From Nanobdellota archaeon (GTDB lineage: Archaea; Nanobdellota; Nanobdellia; Pacearchaeales; GW2011-AR1): a stretch of 24,000 bases of DNA. The translations under genes were made by a program, and so were the position numbers. The stretch is from contig JBBSYH010000016.1 in assembly GCA_038045365.1 (NCBI GenBank), positions 6,883-30,882 on the forward strand, in the 5' to 3' direction. The notes under the pieces were generated by a model that saw nothing but the letters and a program-made list of their open reading frames with translations, ran no database searches and had not been told where the DNA came from. The first letter of the stretch is position 1. The number at the start of each line of letters is the position of its first letter. Of this stretch, positions 13,888 to 21,250 are shown in pieces.

Positions 13888-14167
13888 AATAATTTATCTT
13901 TATGAATATGCGCCTGAAGATATAGAAGTCAAAGCAAAACAGTCTTTTTATTCTAGACTCTTACTTGACTTAAAAGATAGGCATACTAACAATATACTTT
14001 TAATACCTATTGCAACAAATATGAATGTTTCATCACTTGATTTAATCATTAAAAACTATGGCATCAAAGAAAGCCCAGTAATTTTCATAGACGAAGAGCA
14101 TTTAATTGATTATATAATAACTTTAGATGATTTAGAAAACATTGTAATCAAGAGCAGTAAAGAATAA
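13862..14167 (+). CDS. Hypothetical soluble protein, paralogous to the C-terminal half of the preceding ORF
   Basis: NNILLIPIATNMNVSSLDLIIKNYGIKESPVIFIDEEHLIDYIITLDDLENIV aligns by eye with EKVMIYSFDYNLKSELIRELKEKYRVKEAPIVLVNESYFAKVSNIDELLPYI. The only in-frame ATG gives a 26-nt overlap with the upstream ORF. Confidence 0.6.
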   Translation: MSYCHIFHRIIYLYEYAPEDIEVKAKQSFYSRLLLDLKDRHTNNILLIPIATNMNVSSLDLIIKNYGIKESPVIFIDEEHLIDYIITLDDLENIVIKSSKE

Positions 14168-14170
14168 ATA
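14163..14170 (+). promoter_or_regulatory. TATA-like box (AATAAATA) for the MBF1-like gene
   Basis: 21 nt upstream of the ATG at 14192. Confidence 0.4.
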
Positions 14171-14191
14171 CTATAAGGTTTTAGGGATTTT

Positions 14192-14716
14192 ATGGAAATA
14201 CAGGTGAGGTTTGTAGAGGCGATTGAAAGTGGAAAAATAGTTAGAGTTTCCGAAGATTATGCTTTTCGAGAGGGACTTCCAATATTGAGGAGGCCTCAGT
14301 CTAGAGCAGAGTATCCAAAAAAAGCGCCTGAAAAAGAAAAATGGGAGCTTTTTGGAATTGACACTTTTAGGAAGCCATTGAAGAATAAAAATAATGTGAT
14401 TGCTACATTGGTAGATAATTTTCATTGGCAGATTTCTTCAAAAAGGAAGCAAAGCAATATGACTAGAAAACAGTTTGCTGCTGCTTTGGGAGTTTCAGAG
14501 GGAGCAGTAAAATTAATTGAAAACGGCCTTCTGCCTTCGGATGATTATGTTCTAATCAGCAAAGTAGAGCAGTATTTGGGCATAAATCTAAGAAAAGACG
14601 GGAAGGATTATTCTAAGTCAGCAAAAGAGATGCTTGAAAAGAGAGAAGAAAACATCAAAGGAAAAGAAGAGAATACTGAAAGATTATTTGGTGACGAAAT
14701 AGAAATTATAGAGTGA
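14192..14716 (+). CDS. XRE/Cro-type HTH protein, MBF1-like (multiprotein bridging factor 1 homologue) lacking the N-terminal zinc ribbon
   Basis: SNMTRKQFAAALGVSEGAVKLIENGLLPSDDYVLISKVEQYLGINLRK matches the archaeal MBF1 HTH (+.LA.+lg.s...+..+E.G.l.P......K+E..LgI.L). The whole protein contains no Cys. Confidence 0.65.
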   Translation: MEIQVRFVEAIESGKIVRVSEDYAFREGLPILRRPQSRAEYPKKAPEKEKWELFGIDTFRKPLKNKNNVIATLVDNFHWQISSKRKQSNMTRKQFAAALGVSEGAVKLIENGLLPSDDYVLISKVEQYLGINLRKDGKDYSKSAKEMLEKREENIKGKEENTERLFGDEIEIIE

Positions 14717-14724
14717 GAGAAAGT

Positions 14725-14732
14725 TTTATAAA
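14725..14732 (+). promoter_or_regulatory. TATA box (TTTATAAA) for rpoL
   Basis: 21 nt upstream of the ATG at 14754. Confidence 0.55.
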
Positions 14733-14753
14733 TAAGCAAGAAATATTGTTATT

Positions 14754-15008
14754 ATGAAAATTGAAATTTTAAACTCTGATAAACATGAAATTGATCTAAA
14801 GATTGATAATTTAACAATAGCAGAGATATTGAGGGTTTACTTATATGAAAATGGAGCTGACTTTGCTGCATGGAGGAGAGAACATCCTTCGAAACCGCTT
14901 TTATTTAAAATAAAGAGTTCCGACAACACTGTAAAAAAAGCTATTAGCAATGCTGTTACTGCGATAAAGAAAGACTGCAACAAGATAGTTAAAGCAGTTA
15001 AAAAATGA
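14754..15008 (+). CDS. rpoL: DNA-directed RNA polymerase subunit L (Rpo11)
   Basis: 84 aa. MKIEILNSDKHEIDLKIDNLTIAEILRVYLYENGADFAAWRREHPSKPLLFKIKS fits the RpoL/Rpb11 pattern (E+.+.+eDHT+.N+Lr..L.....V.FAaY...HP). Confidence 0.85.
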   Translation: MKIEILNSDKHEIDLKIDNLTIAEILRVYLYENGADFAAWRREHPSKPLLFKIKSSDNTVKKAISNAVTAIKKDCNKIVKAVKK

Positions 15009-15044
15009 AGAAATAAAGAAAATTTGAATGATGTGCGATACCTA

Positions 15045-15050
15045 TTTTTT
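15045..15050 (+). terminator. Oligo-T tract after rpoL
   Basis: A TTTTTT run lies 37 nt after the stop codon. Confidence 0.35.
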
Positions 15051-15062
15051 ACATTGATTATT

Positions 15063-15070
15063 TTTATATA
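15063..15070 (+). promoter_or_regulatory. TATA box (TTTATATA) for radB
   Basis: 21 nt upstream of the ATG at 15092. Confidence 0.55.
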
Positions 15071-15091
15071 CTTAGAAGTTTCTTGTAGAAC

Positions 15092-15778
15092 ATGGCAAGA
15101 GTTTCTGCTGGAAGCTATGATTTGAATAAATGGCTTTTTGGAGGGTATGAAAACGATATAGTCAGCATTATATACGGGGGAGCTGGAAGTGGAAAGACTA
15201 ATTTTTGCATGCTGACTGCAGTTTCACAAGCGAAAAAAGGAAACAAGGTTATTTTTATTGACAGCGAGGGAGGATTTAGCTCTGAGAGGATAAAGCAGCT
15301 TGCTCCAGATAATTATGAAGAAACCTTAAGAAACATTCTTCTTTTAAAACCAACCAGTTTTCATGAGCAAAAAGAAGTTTTTAAGAAACTTTCTAGTTAT
15401 CTGAAGGATGAAGTGAGCATGCTTATTGTTGATGGAATGACTATATTATACAGGCTTGATTTGGCTGTTGCAAGGCAAAAAGGCGACGGAGAAATAAAAA
15501 AGATAAATGCTGAACTTGCATGGCAGATGAAAACACTTGCAGAAATTACAAGGAAAAAAGGAATTCCTATAATTGTTACAAGCCAAGTTTATAAGTCAGA
15601 AGACGAAATAAAAATAGTCGGAGGAGATATAATGTATTATTGGGGAAAATGCCTTATTGAACTAGTGCATGAAAACGGAAAAAGAACTGCTTATTTGAGG
15701 AAACACAGAAGTCTGCCTGAAAAATCTCTAGATTTTCAGATTATAAATGAAGGGATAAAAAAGAAGTGGTGGATTTAG
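15092..15778 (+). CDS. radB: DNA repair and recombination protein RadB (RecA/RadA paralogue)
   Basis: GGYENDIVSIIYGGAGSGKTNFCMLTAV...KVIFIDSEGGFSSERIKQLA (Walker A plus the RadB-typical IDTEGG.S.ER..Q block). At 228 aa it lacks the RadA N-terminal domain. Confidence 0.85.
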   Translation: MARVSAGSYDLNKWLFGGYENDIVSIIYGGAGSGKTNFCMLTAVSQAKKGNKVIFIDSEGGFSSERIKQLAPDNYEETLRNILLLKPTSFHEQKEVFKKLSSYLKDEVSMLIVDGMTILYRLDLAVARQKGDGEIKKINAELAWQMKTLAEITRKKGIPIIVTSQVYKSEDEIKIVGGDIMYYWGKCLIELVHENGKRTAYLRKHRSLPEKSLDFQIINEGIKKKWWI

Positions 15779-15799
15779 TTCTGAGAGACTTGCACAATC

Positions 15800-15807
15800 G
15801 TTATATA
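15800..15807 (+). promoter_or_regulatory. TATA box (GTTATATA) for the DNA ligase gene
   Basis: 21 nt upstream of the ATG at 15829. Confidence 0.5.
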
Positions 15808-15828
15808 GAGTATTTTCTTTGTGAGTGA

Positions 15829-17517
15829 ATGAAGTATAGTGAATTTATTGATTTGTATGAAAAGTTATTTTCTACAAGCAAGAAACTGGAGAAAGTGGAC
15901 TTATTAGCGGATTTTTTAAAAAACCTTCACAAGCAAGGAAACAGCAAGTGGATATATTTACTGAGGGGCAAAGTTCTACCAGATTATGATACTAGAGAAT
16001 TTGGAATATCGCAACAGTCTGTTATGAAGGCAATAAAATTTGCTTATGGAGTCAACAGCGAGAAAATAATGGAAATTTATAAGAAATCCGGGGATTTAGG
16101 AGATATAGCTTTTGAACTTGCAGAGAAGAGAAGACAGAATGTTCTTTTTTCATCACGACTTAGTGTGGGAAAAGTTTTTGAAAACCTGCAGAAAATTTTA
16201 GATGTCGCGGGAAAAGGAGCTGTTGATAAAAGAATCTCTTTTGTTGCTGAGTTGCTTACTTCTGCTTCAGGCAGAGAGGCCAGATACATTATCAGAACTT
16301 TACTTGGAGAATTAAGAGTTGGAGTTGCAGATGCCTTGCTTATAGGCGCTATTGTAAAGGCGTATTATGATGGAGAAATGAAAGAAAAAATAGAGTATGC
16401 TTATAATCTTGCAAATGATTTCGCTCTAGTTTTTGATGCTGCTGCAAAAGGAGAGGAAGAAATTAGAAAAATAAATATAGTTCCAGGAAGGCCGAATAAG
16501 GTAATGCTGCCTGTAAAGGTTGAAGAGATAAGCGAGGCATTCAGAATATGCGGAAAACCTGCAGCATTAGAGCACAAATATGATGGTTTTAGGATGCTTA
16601 TTAACAAGAATGGGGAAGAGATAAAATTGTTTACAAGGAATCTGGAAAATGTGACTTTGCAGTTTCCTGATGTTGTAAAAACAGTAAGAAAGAATGTGAA
16701 AGGAGATAGTTTTATATTGGATAGTGAAGTTGTTGGGTATGATCCAAAGACAAAAAAATACGAGCCATTTGAATCAATAAGCCAAAGAATAAAAAGAAAA
16801 TACGATATAGAAAAACTTATTTTAGAGCTTCCTGTAGAAATAAATGTTTTTGATATAATTTATTACAATGGGAAGAGTTTGTTGGAAGAGATTTTCTCTG
16901 AAAGAAGGAAAATTGTTGAAAAGATTGTAAAGATAGAAAATATGAAGATAAGACCTTCTTTTATATTATTTACTGATGATGAGAAAAAAGCACTTGAGTT
17001 TTATGAGAATGCACTTAAAATAGGAGAAGAGGGGATAATTGTAAAAAAGCTTGATGCACCCTATAAACCTGGGAGAAGGACAGGATATATGGTGAAGCTG
17101 AAACCTATTGCAGCAGATTTAGATTTGGTGATTGTTGGAGCAGAATATGGATCTGGAAAAAGAGCAGGGTGGCTTACAAGCTATATTGTTGCATGTTCTC
17201 ATGAAGGAAAATTTCTAGAAGTTGGAATGGTGAGCTCAGGATTAAAGGAAAAAGGAGAAGGAACTAGCTATGAAGAGATGACGAAACTGCTTAAATCCCT
17301 TATTGTGAAAGAAGAAGGAAAGAAAGTTATAGTAAACCCAAAAATTGTCGTTTCTGTTGCATATCAGAATATTCAATCTAGTCCAAGTTATAGCGCAGGA
17401 TATGCCTTGAGATTTCCAAGAATTATTAATTATAGAATTGATAGAGATATAGGTGATATTGCAACTCTGAAAGATATAAAGAGGGAAGCTGAGAAAGAAA
17501 GATACAGAAAAATGTGA
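15829..17517 (+). CDS. lig: ATP-dependent DNA ligase
   Basis: Adenylation motif I EHKYDGFRM (KxDG), SEVVGYD, EGIIVKKLDAPYKPGRRTGYMVKLK (motifs IV-V) and the C-terminal OB domain ALRFPR. At 562 aa it is archaeal Lig size. Confidence 0.93.
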   Translation: MKYSEFIDLYEKLFSTSKKLEKVDLLADFLKNLHKQGNSKWIYLLRGKVLPDYDTREFGISQQSVMKAIKFAYGVNSEKIMEIYKKSGDLGDIAFELAEKRRQNVLFSSRLSVGKVFENLQKILDVAGKGAVDKRISFVAELLTSASGREARYIIRTLLGELRVGVADALLIGAIVKAYYDGEMKEKIEYAYNLANDFALVFDAAAKGEEEIRKINIVPGRPNKVMLPVKVEEISEAFRICGKPAALEHKYDGFRMLINKNGEEIKLFTRNLENVTLQFPDVVKTVRKNVKGDSFILDSEVVGYDPKTKKYEPFESISQRIKRKYDIEKLILELPVEINVFDIIYYNGKSLLEEIFSERRKIVEKIVKIENMKIRPSFILFTDDEKKALEFYENALKIGEEGIIVKKLDAPYKPGRRTGYMVKLKPIAADLDLVIVGAEYGSGKRAGWLTSYIVACSHEGKFLEVGMVSSGLKEKGEGTSYEEMTKLLKSLIVKEEGKKVIVNPKIVVSVAYQNIQSSPSYSAGYALRFPRIINYRIDRDIGDIATLKDIKREAEKERYRKM

Positions 17518-17536
17518 TGAAATTTTTAATTCGGAA

Positions 17537-17564
17537 GCTTTATAAATAAAATTGCTTTATAAAT
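17537..17564 (+). promoter_or_regulatory. Duplicated TATA element (GCTTTATAAAT x2, 17-bp period) upstream of tbp
   Basis: Perfect 11-mers lie at 17537-17547 and 17554-17564. The palindromic TTTATAAA cores lie 30 and 13 nt from the ATG at 17577, off the 21-22 nt rule seen elsewhere. Confidence 0.5.
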
Positions 17565-17576
17565 GATGAGCAGTAA

Positions 17577-18131
17577 ATGGTAAAATCAAATCTTAAAGTA
17601 CAAAATATAGTTGCAACTACTTCTCTTGGAAAAGAAGTATCTTTGACTAAGTTAGCAAGAACGCAAAGCAATACTGAATATAATCCAGAGCAATTTCCAG
17701 GACTTGTTTTGAGGATAGACAAGCCGAAGTCTGCAGTTCTTGTTTTTTCTTCTGGAAATCTTGTGTGCACTGGGACTAAGAGCGTATCCCAAGTTAAAGA
17801 AGTGATAAACGCCGTAATTAGACAAATAGCAAAAATAGGAGTTAAAATAACAGACAAACCAAAAATAACAGTACAAAATATTGTAGCTTCAGGAAGCATT
17901 GACTTAAATTTGAATCTTAATCTTCTTGCTCTTCAACTTGAAAACACAGAGTATGAACCAGAGCAATTTCCTGGGCTTGTTTATAAACTTGTAGATCCTA
18001 CTGCAACTTTTCTTTTGTTTTCAAACGGAAAGCTAGTGTGCACTGGGACAAAAAATAAGAAACAGCTTGAAGATTCAATGGTTCAACTTAGCAGAAATAT
18101 AAGGGCAGTTATAAGAGAAAGAAAGAAATAG
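17577..18131 (+). CDS. tbp: TATA-box binding protein
   Basis: Two direct repeats: NIVATTSLGKEVSL...EYNPEQFPGLVLRIDKPKSAVLVFSSGNLVCTGTKS and NIVASGSIDLNLNL...EYEPEQFPGLVYKLVDPTATFLLFSNGKLVCTGTKN. Confidence 0.95.
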   Translation: MVKSNLKVQNIVATTSLGKEVSLTKLARTQSNTEYNPEQFPGLVLRIDKPKSAVLVFSSGNLVCTGTKSVSQVKEVINAVIRQIAKIGVKITDKPKITVQNIVASGSIDLNLNLNLLALQLENTEYEPEQFPGLVYKLVDPTATFLLFSNGKLVCTGTKNKKQLEDSMVQLSRNIRAVIRERKK

Positions 18132-18574
18132 GAAATTTCATTGTTAGAGCTTGATTTTTTTGATATTAGTTCAAGAAGAGAGGCTGGCTTGGGAATTGAG
18201 CTTATTTTTTCATCCCTTTCTTTTATTATATGTTCCGGAATACAAATGCCTACGTTAATATAAGGGTTCATTATTTCAAGTATTTTTCTTCTTTCTGTCC
18301 AGCCAGATAGTACTTCTTCCTTTCTTTGACTTAAGAGCTGAAGATATTCATTTTCTGTTATTTGACAGATATTTTTTATTGAGATTTTATGGGAAGAGTT
18401 TTTTCTATCTTGCATATCCATTATCTTAATTTCTTTTTTTATTTCATCATATTTTAGCTGTTTTTTCTCATATTCTAGAGAATATTTGTTTCTTATTCTT
18501 TTTTTTGAATCAGCGATGATAAAATCTTGATTATCTGTTATGTATATATCAAGTACTCTTCTTAATTTTTCCAT
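18083..18574 (-). CDS. Hypothetical protein with a hydrophobic C-terminal tail (possible tail anchor)
   Basis: Track ORF, co-directional with and 45 nt downstream of the small membrane-protein gene. Its last 49 nt overlap the 3' end of tbp in convergent orientation. I recognised no family. Confidence 0.5.
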   Translation of the reverse strand: MEKLRRVLDIYITDNQDFIIADSKKRIRNKYSLEYEKKQLKYDEIKKEIKIMDMQDRKNSSHKISIKNICQITENEYLQLLSQRKEEVLSGWTERRKILEIMNPYINVGICIPEHIIKERDEKISSIPKPASLLELISKKSSSNNEISYFFLSLITALIFLLS

Positions 18575-18619
18575 TTTGAAAACTGGAAGAAACAGTATTT
18601 AGAGATTTTCATGAGTGAA

Positions 18620-18805
18620 TCATCCTTTTAGATCAGAAATTCCAAGAAGCAATAAGAGTGCGCCTAATCCTCCAACTGCCCAGACTAGCCCGCCTTTAAA
18701 AAATGTAACTGCTGATGAGCCAAGATTGTAGTAATTTTGTATTGAAACTGCGACAGCAGCAATAAGGAAAATTAGTCCAATCAAAAGTTCTGCCCATTTG
18801 TTCAT
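18620..18805 (-). CDS. Small (61 aa) two-TM membrane protein
   Basis: AELLIGLIFLIAAVAVSI and GGLVWAVGGLGALLLLLGI form two hydrophobic helices. TTTATATA lies exactly 21 nt upstream. Confidence 0.65.
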   Translation of the reverse strand: MNKWAELLIGLIFLIAAVAVSIQNYYNLGSSAVTFFKGGLVWAVGGLGALLLLLGISDLKG

Positions 18806-18826
18806 GATTATATTATTTTTGGATGG

Positions 18827-18834
18827 TATATAAA
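18827..18834 (-). promoter_or_regulatory. TATA box (TTTATATA) for the small membrane-protein gene
   Basis: 21-nt spacing to the ATG at 18803-18805. Confidence 0.55.
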
Positions 18835-18891
18835 CATTTTTGTTTTGCAGAATATAAAGTGCAGTTTGACTTTTATGACTGAGTAAGAAGG

Positions 18892-18899
18892 CTTAAATA
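18892..18899 (+). promoter_or_regulatory. TATA box (CTTAAATA) for the DHH phosphoesterase gene
   Basis: 21 nt upstream of the ATG at 18921. Confidence 0.5.
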
Positions 18900-18920
18900 A
18901 GCTGTTTTTTTAGTTTTTCA

Positions 18921-19967
18921 ATGTTGACTAAAAAGCAAATAAATGAATTAAAAGAGCATTTTGAGAAATGCCAAAACCCTGTTTTTTATTATGATAATGA
19001 TGCAGATGGATTGTGCAGTTTTTTATTGTTAAGAAGATTTTTAGGAAAAGGAAAAGGAGTTGCAGTGAAAAATTATCCTGATTTGAATCTTCAATATGCT
19101 AGAAAAGTACATGAATTTAATTCTGATTATGTTTTTATTCTTGATAAACCTGTTGTATCAAGGGAATTTTTAGAAAATGTTCAAGCGGTAAATGTTCCAG
19201 TTGTATGGATTGATCATCATGATACTAAGTTCAAGAATGAGTTTCACAATCTGCACATATATAATCCTACAAGGAACAAAGGAAAGAATAATAGTTCAGA
19301 GCCTGTTACATATCTTATTTATAAAATAACGAAGAGGAAGGAAGATTTATGGATAGCGATGATGGGATGCATTGCAGATCACTATATGCCTGATTTTGCC
19401 AAGGATTTTGCAAAGCATTATCCGGAATATTGGAAAGAAGGAATAAGAAAACCTTTTGATGCTTATTATAAAACTGAAGTAGGAAGAATTGCCCAATCAT
19501 TGGGTTTCGGTTTAAAAGATACTACAAAAAATGTTGTTTTAATGCAAAATTTTTTAATATCCTGCCCAAGCCTTGCAGATGTTTTTATGGAAAGCGAGGG
19601 AAATTTGTTTTTTAGGGAAAAATGTCTTGAAACACGAAAAAAATACAATGCTTTAATTGAAAAAGCAAAAGAGAATATTTCCGGAAATCTCATTTTTTTC
19701 TATTATTCTGGGGAGCTCGGCATAAGTTCAGAAATTTCAAACGAACTTTCATATTACTATCCTAAAAAATACATTTGTGTTGCTTATATAAAAGGGGGAG
19801 TTTCTAATATTTCTTTGAGAGGCAATAATATAAGAAGAATATTTGGCAAAATAATTAAGAAATTTGAGCTTGCTTCTGGAGGAGGACATAGAAATGCAGT
19901 TGGAGCGAGAATAAGAAGCGAGGACTTGATAAAATTTAAAAATGCGCTTGAGAAAGAAGTGAATTGA
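18921..19967 (+). CDS. DHH/DHHA1-family phosphoesterase (RecJ/NrnA-like)
   Basis: DNDADG (motif I), VVWIDHHD (DHH motif) and the C-terminal GGGHRNAVGARI (DHHA1 GGGH). Confidence 0.8.
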   Translation: MLTKKQINELKEHFEKCQNPVFYYDNDADGLCSFLLLRRFLGKGKGVAVKNYPDLNLQYARKVHEFNSDYVFILDKPVVSREFLENVQAVNVPVVWIDHHDTKFKNEFHNLHIYNPTRNKGKNNSSEPVTYLIYKITKRKEDLWIAMMGCIADHYMPDFAKDFAKHYPEYWKEGIRKPFDAYYKTEVGRIAQSLGFGLKDTTKNVVLMQNFLISCPSLADVFMESEGNLFFREKCLETRKKYNALIEKAKENISGNLIFFYYSGELGISSEISNELSYYYPKKYICVAYIKGGVSNISLRGNNIRRIFGKIIKKFELASGGGHRNAVGARIRSEDLIKFKNALEKEVN

Positions 19968-19969
19968 AA

Positions 19970-20998
19970 ATGGAAGAAATACAGATTAGAGTTTATGGCA
20001 GAGTGCATGGAGTGAATTTAAGGGAAATTGTCAGAGCGAGAGCACGTGAGAACGGTTTGAAAGGGTTTGTTTTAAATAGGGCAGATGGAAATGTAGAAAT
20101 AGTAGCCCAGGGTTTGAGAGAAAAGCTGGAAGAATTTCTTACGTGGATACAGGGAAGCCCAGGATTCTCTCTTGTAAAAGGGCTTAATTATTATTGGAAA
20201 AAACCTTCACAAAAGTTTAAGGATTTTGACATTATAAAAGAAGAATCTTTTTTTATAGATCAGGCAAAAAGTTTTATTAATTTATGGAAATATTTTTTCA
20301 AAGAGGATTTGGGAAAAATTCCAGAACATGTGGCTATTATACCTGATGGAAACAGGAGATGGGCAAAAGAAAAAAAAGCAAGTCCGGAATTTGGACATTA
20401 TACTTCTTCAAGCTTTCAGCATGTGAGCGGACTTTTTGATGAGGCAAGAAAGATTGGAATAAAATATCTTACTCTATGGGGATTCTCTACTGAAAACTGG
20501 AAAAGAAATTCTTTTGAAGTAAAAGCAATCTTTTCCATGATTTTAAAAAATATAAAAGATTTTAGAGAAGAAGTGCATGCAAAAAAGATTAGATTCAGGC
20601 ATCTTGGAAGGAAAGACAGGATTCCAAGAAATCTGTTAAAAGAACTGGAGAAGCTTGAAAGAGAGAGCAAAGAATATGAGAATTTTAATGTTCAACTTTG
20701 CCTTGATTATGGGGGGAAAGATGAACTTTTAAGAGCAGTAAATGCAATTTTGAGGAAGGGATTTAAGAAAATAGATGAGGAAGATTTTACGCATTATCTT
20801 GATTCTTATGGAATTCCTGATGTTGATTTAATTATAAGAACTTCAGGAGAGATGAGACTGAGCGGGTTTATGCCTTTTCAGTCAACATATGCAGAACTTT
20901 ATTTTGCAGATGTTCATTTTCCAGATTTTAATGCAAAAGAGCTGAGAAAAGCAATAAAAGAGTTTGGGAGAAGACATAGAAGATTTGGCGGGAGCTAA
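19970..20998 (+). CDS. uppS: Fusion protein: N-terminal acylphosphatase domain plus C-terminal cis-prenyltransferase (undecaprenyl/di-trans,poly-cis-polyprenyl diphosphate synthase)
   Basis: AcyP: IRVYGRVHGVNLREIVRARARENGLKGFVLNRADGNVEIVAQG (V.G.VQGV.FR ... G.V.N..DG.VE pattern). UppS: HVAIIPDGNRRWA, LTLWGFSTENWKR, LDYGGKDEL, DLIIRTSGEMRLSGFMPFQSTYAELYF, RRFGG. I prefer the ATG at 19970 over the track's TTG at 19964. Confidence 0.88.
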   Translation: MEEIQIRVYGRVHGVNLREIVRARARENGLKGFVLNRADGNVEIVAQGLREKLEEFLTWIQGSPGFSLVKGLNYYWKKPSQKFKDFDIIKEESFFIDQAKSFINLWKYFFKEDLGKIPEHVAIIPDGNRRWAKEKKASPEFGHYTSSSFQHVSGLFDEARKIGIKYLTLWGFSTENWKRNSFEVKAIFSMILKNIKDFREEVHAKKIRFRHLGRKDRIPRNLLKELEKLERESKEYENFNVQLCLDYGGKDELLRAVNAILRKGFKKIDEEDFTHYLDSYGIPDVDLIIRTSGEMRLSGFMPFQSTYAELYFADVHFPDFNAKELRKAIKEFGRRHRRFGGS

Positions 20999-21034
20999 AA
21001 GATTCTACAGGAGACGACAATTATTTCTGGATAA

Positions 21035-21042
21035 TTTATAAA
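21035..21042. promoter_or_regulatory. Orphan consensus TATA box (palindromic TTTATAAA) with no ORF at the expected spacing
   Basis: It lies in the 252-bp uppS-dys spacer. No ATG lies 20-22 nt away on either strand. A T7 run at 21142-21148 lies about 100 nt downstream. Confidence 0.3.
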
Positions 21043-21221
21043 TCTTCGTAGGCTCTGTAGAAAGTAGATTTCAATAGTTATATTCCATTGTAAATTTTAT
21101 ATCAAGTAATTTTCTATCAAACTTTATTGAAGTTTCACCACTTTTTTTAAAAAATTTTTATAGGAGAATTTTATACAGAATGTTTAAAAGAAAGACAATT
21201 ATTTCTAAAATAAGATGAAGA

Positions 21222-21229
21222 TTTATATA
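21222..21229 (+). promoter_or_regulatory. TATA box (TTTATATA) for deoxyhypusine synthase
   Basis: 21 nt upstream of the ATG at 21251. Confidence 0.55.
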
Positions 21230-21250
21230 TCCTCTAAATTACTGAGTTGA

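Noticed and set aside
9398-14167. The co-directional, nearly gapless array tfe-rhomboid-SpoIIM-like-scpB-GT2-partner considered as one functional system
   Set aside because: Tight packing and ATGA overlaps occur throughout this compact genome. The functions are unrelated, internal TATA-like boxes exist (for example before scpB), and only the GT2 and partner segment is compositionally distinct.
21210-21246. A C/D-box sRNA candidate (AGATGA ... CTGA)
   Set aside because: The C box is imperfect (AGAUGA rather than RUGAUGA). The boxes are only about 30 nt apart, with no C'/D' pair or terminal stem. The region is also the dys promoter.
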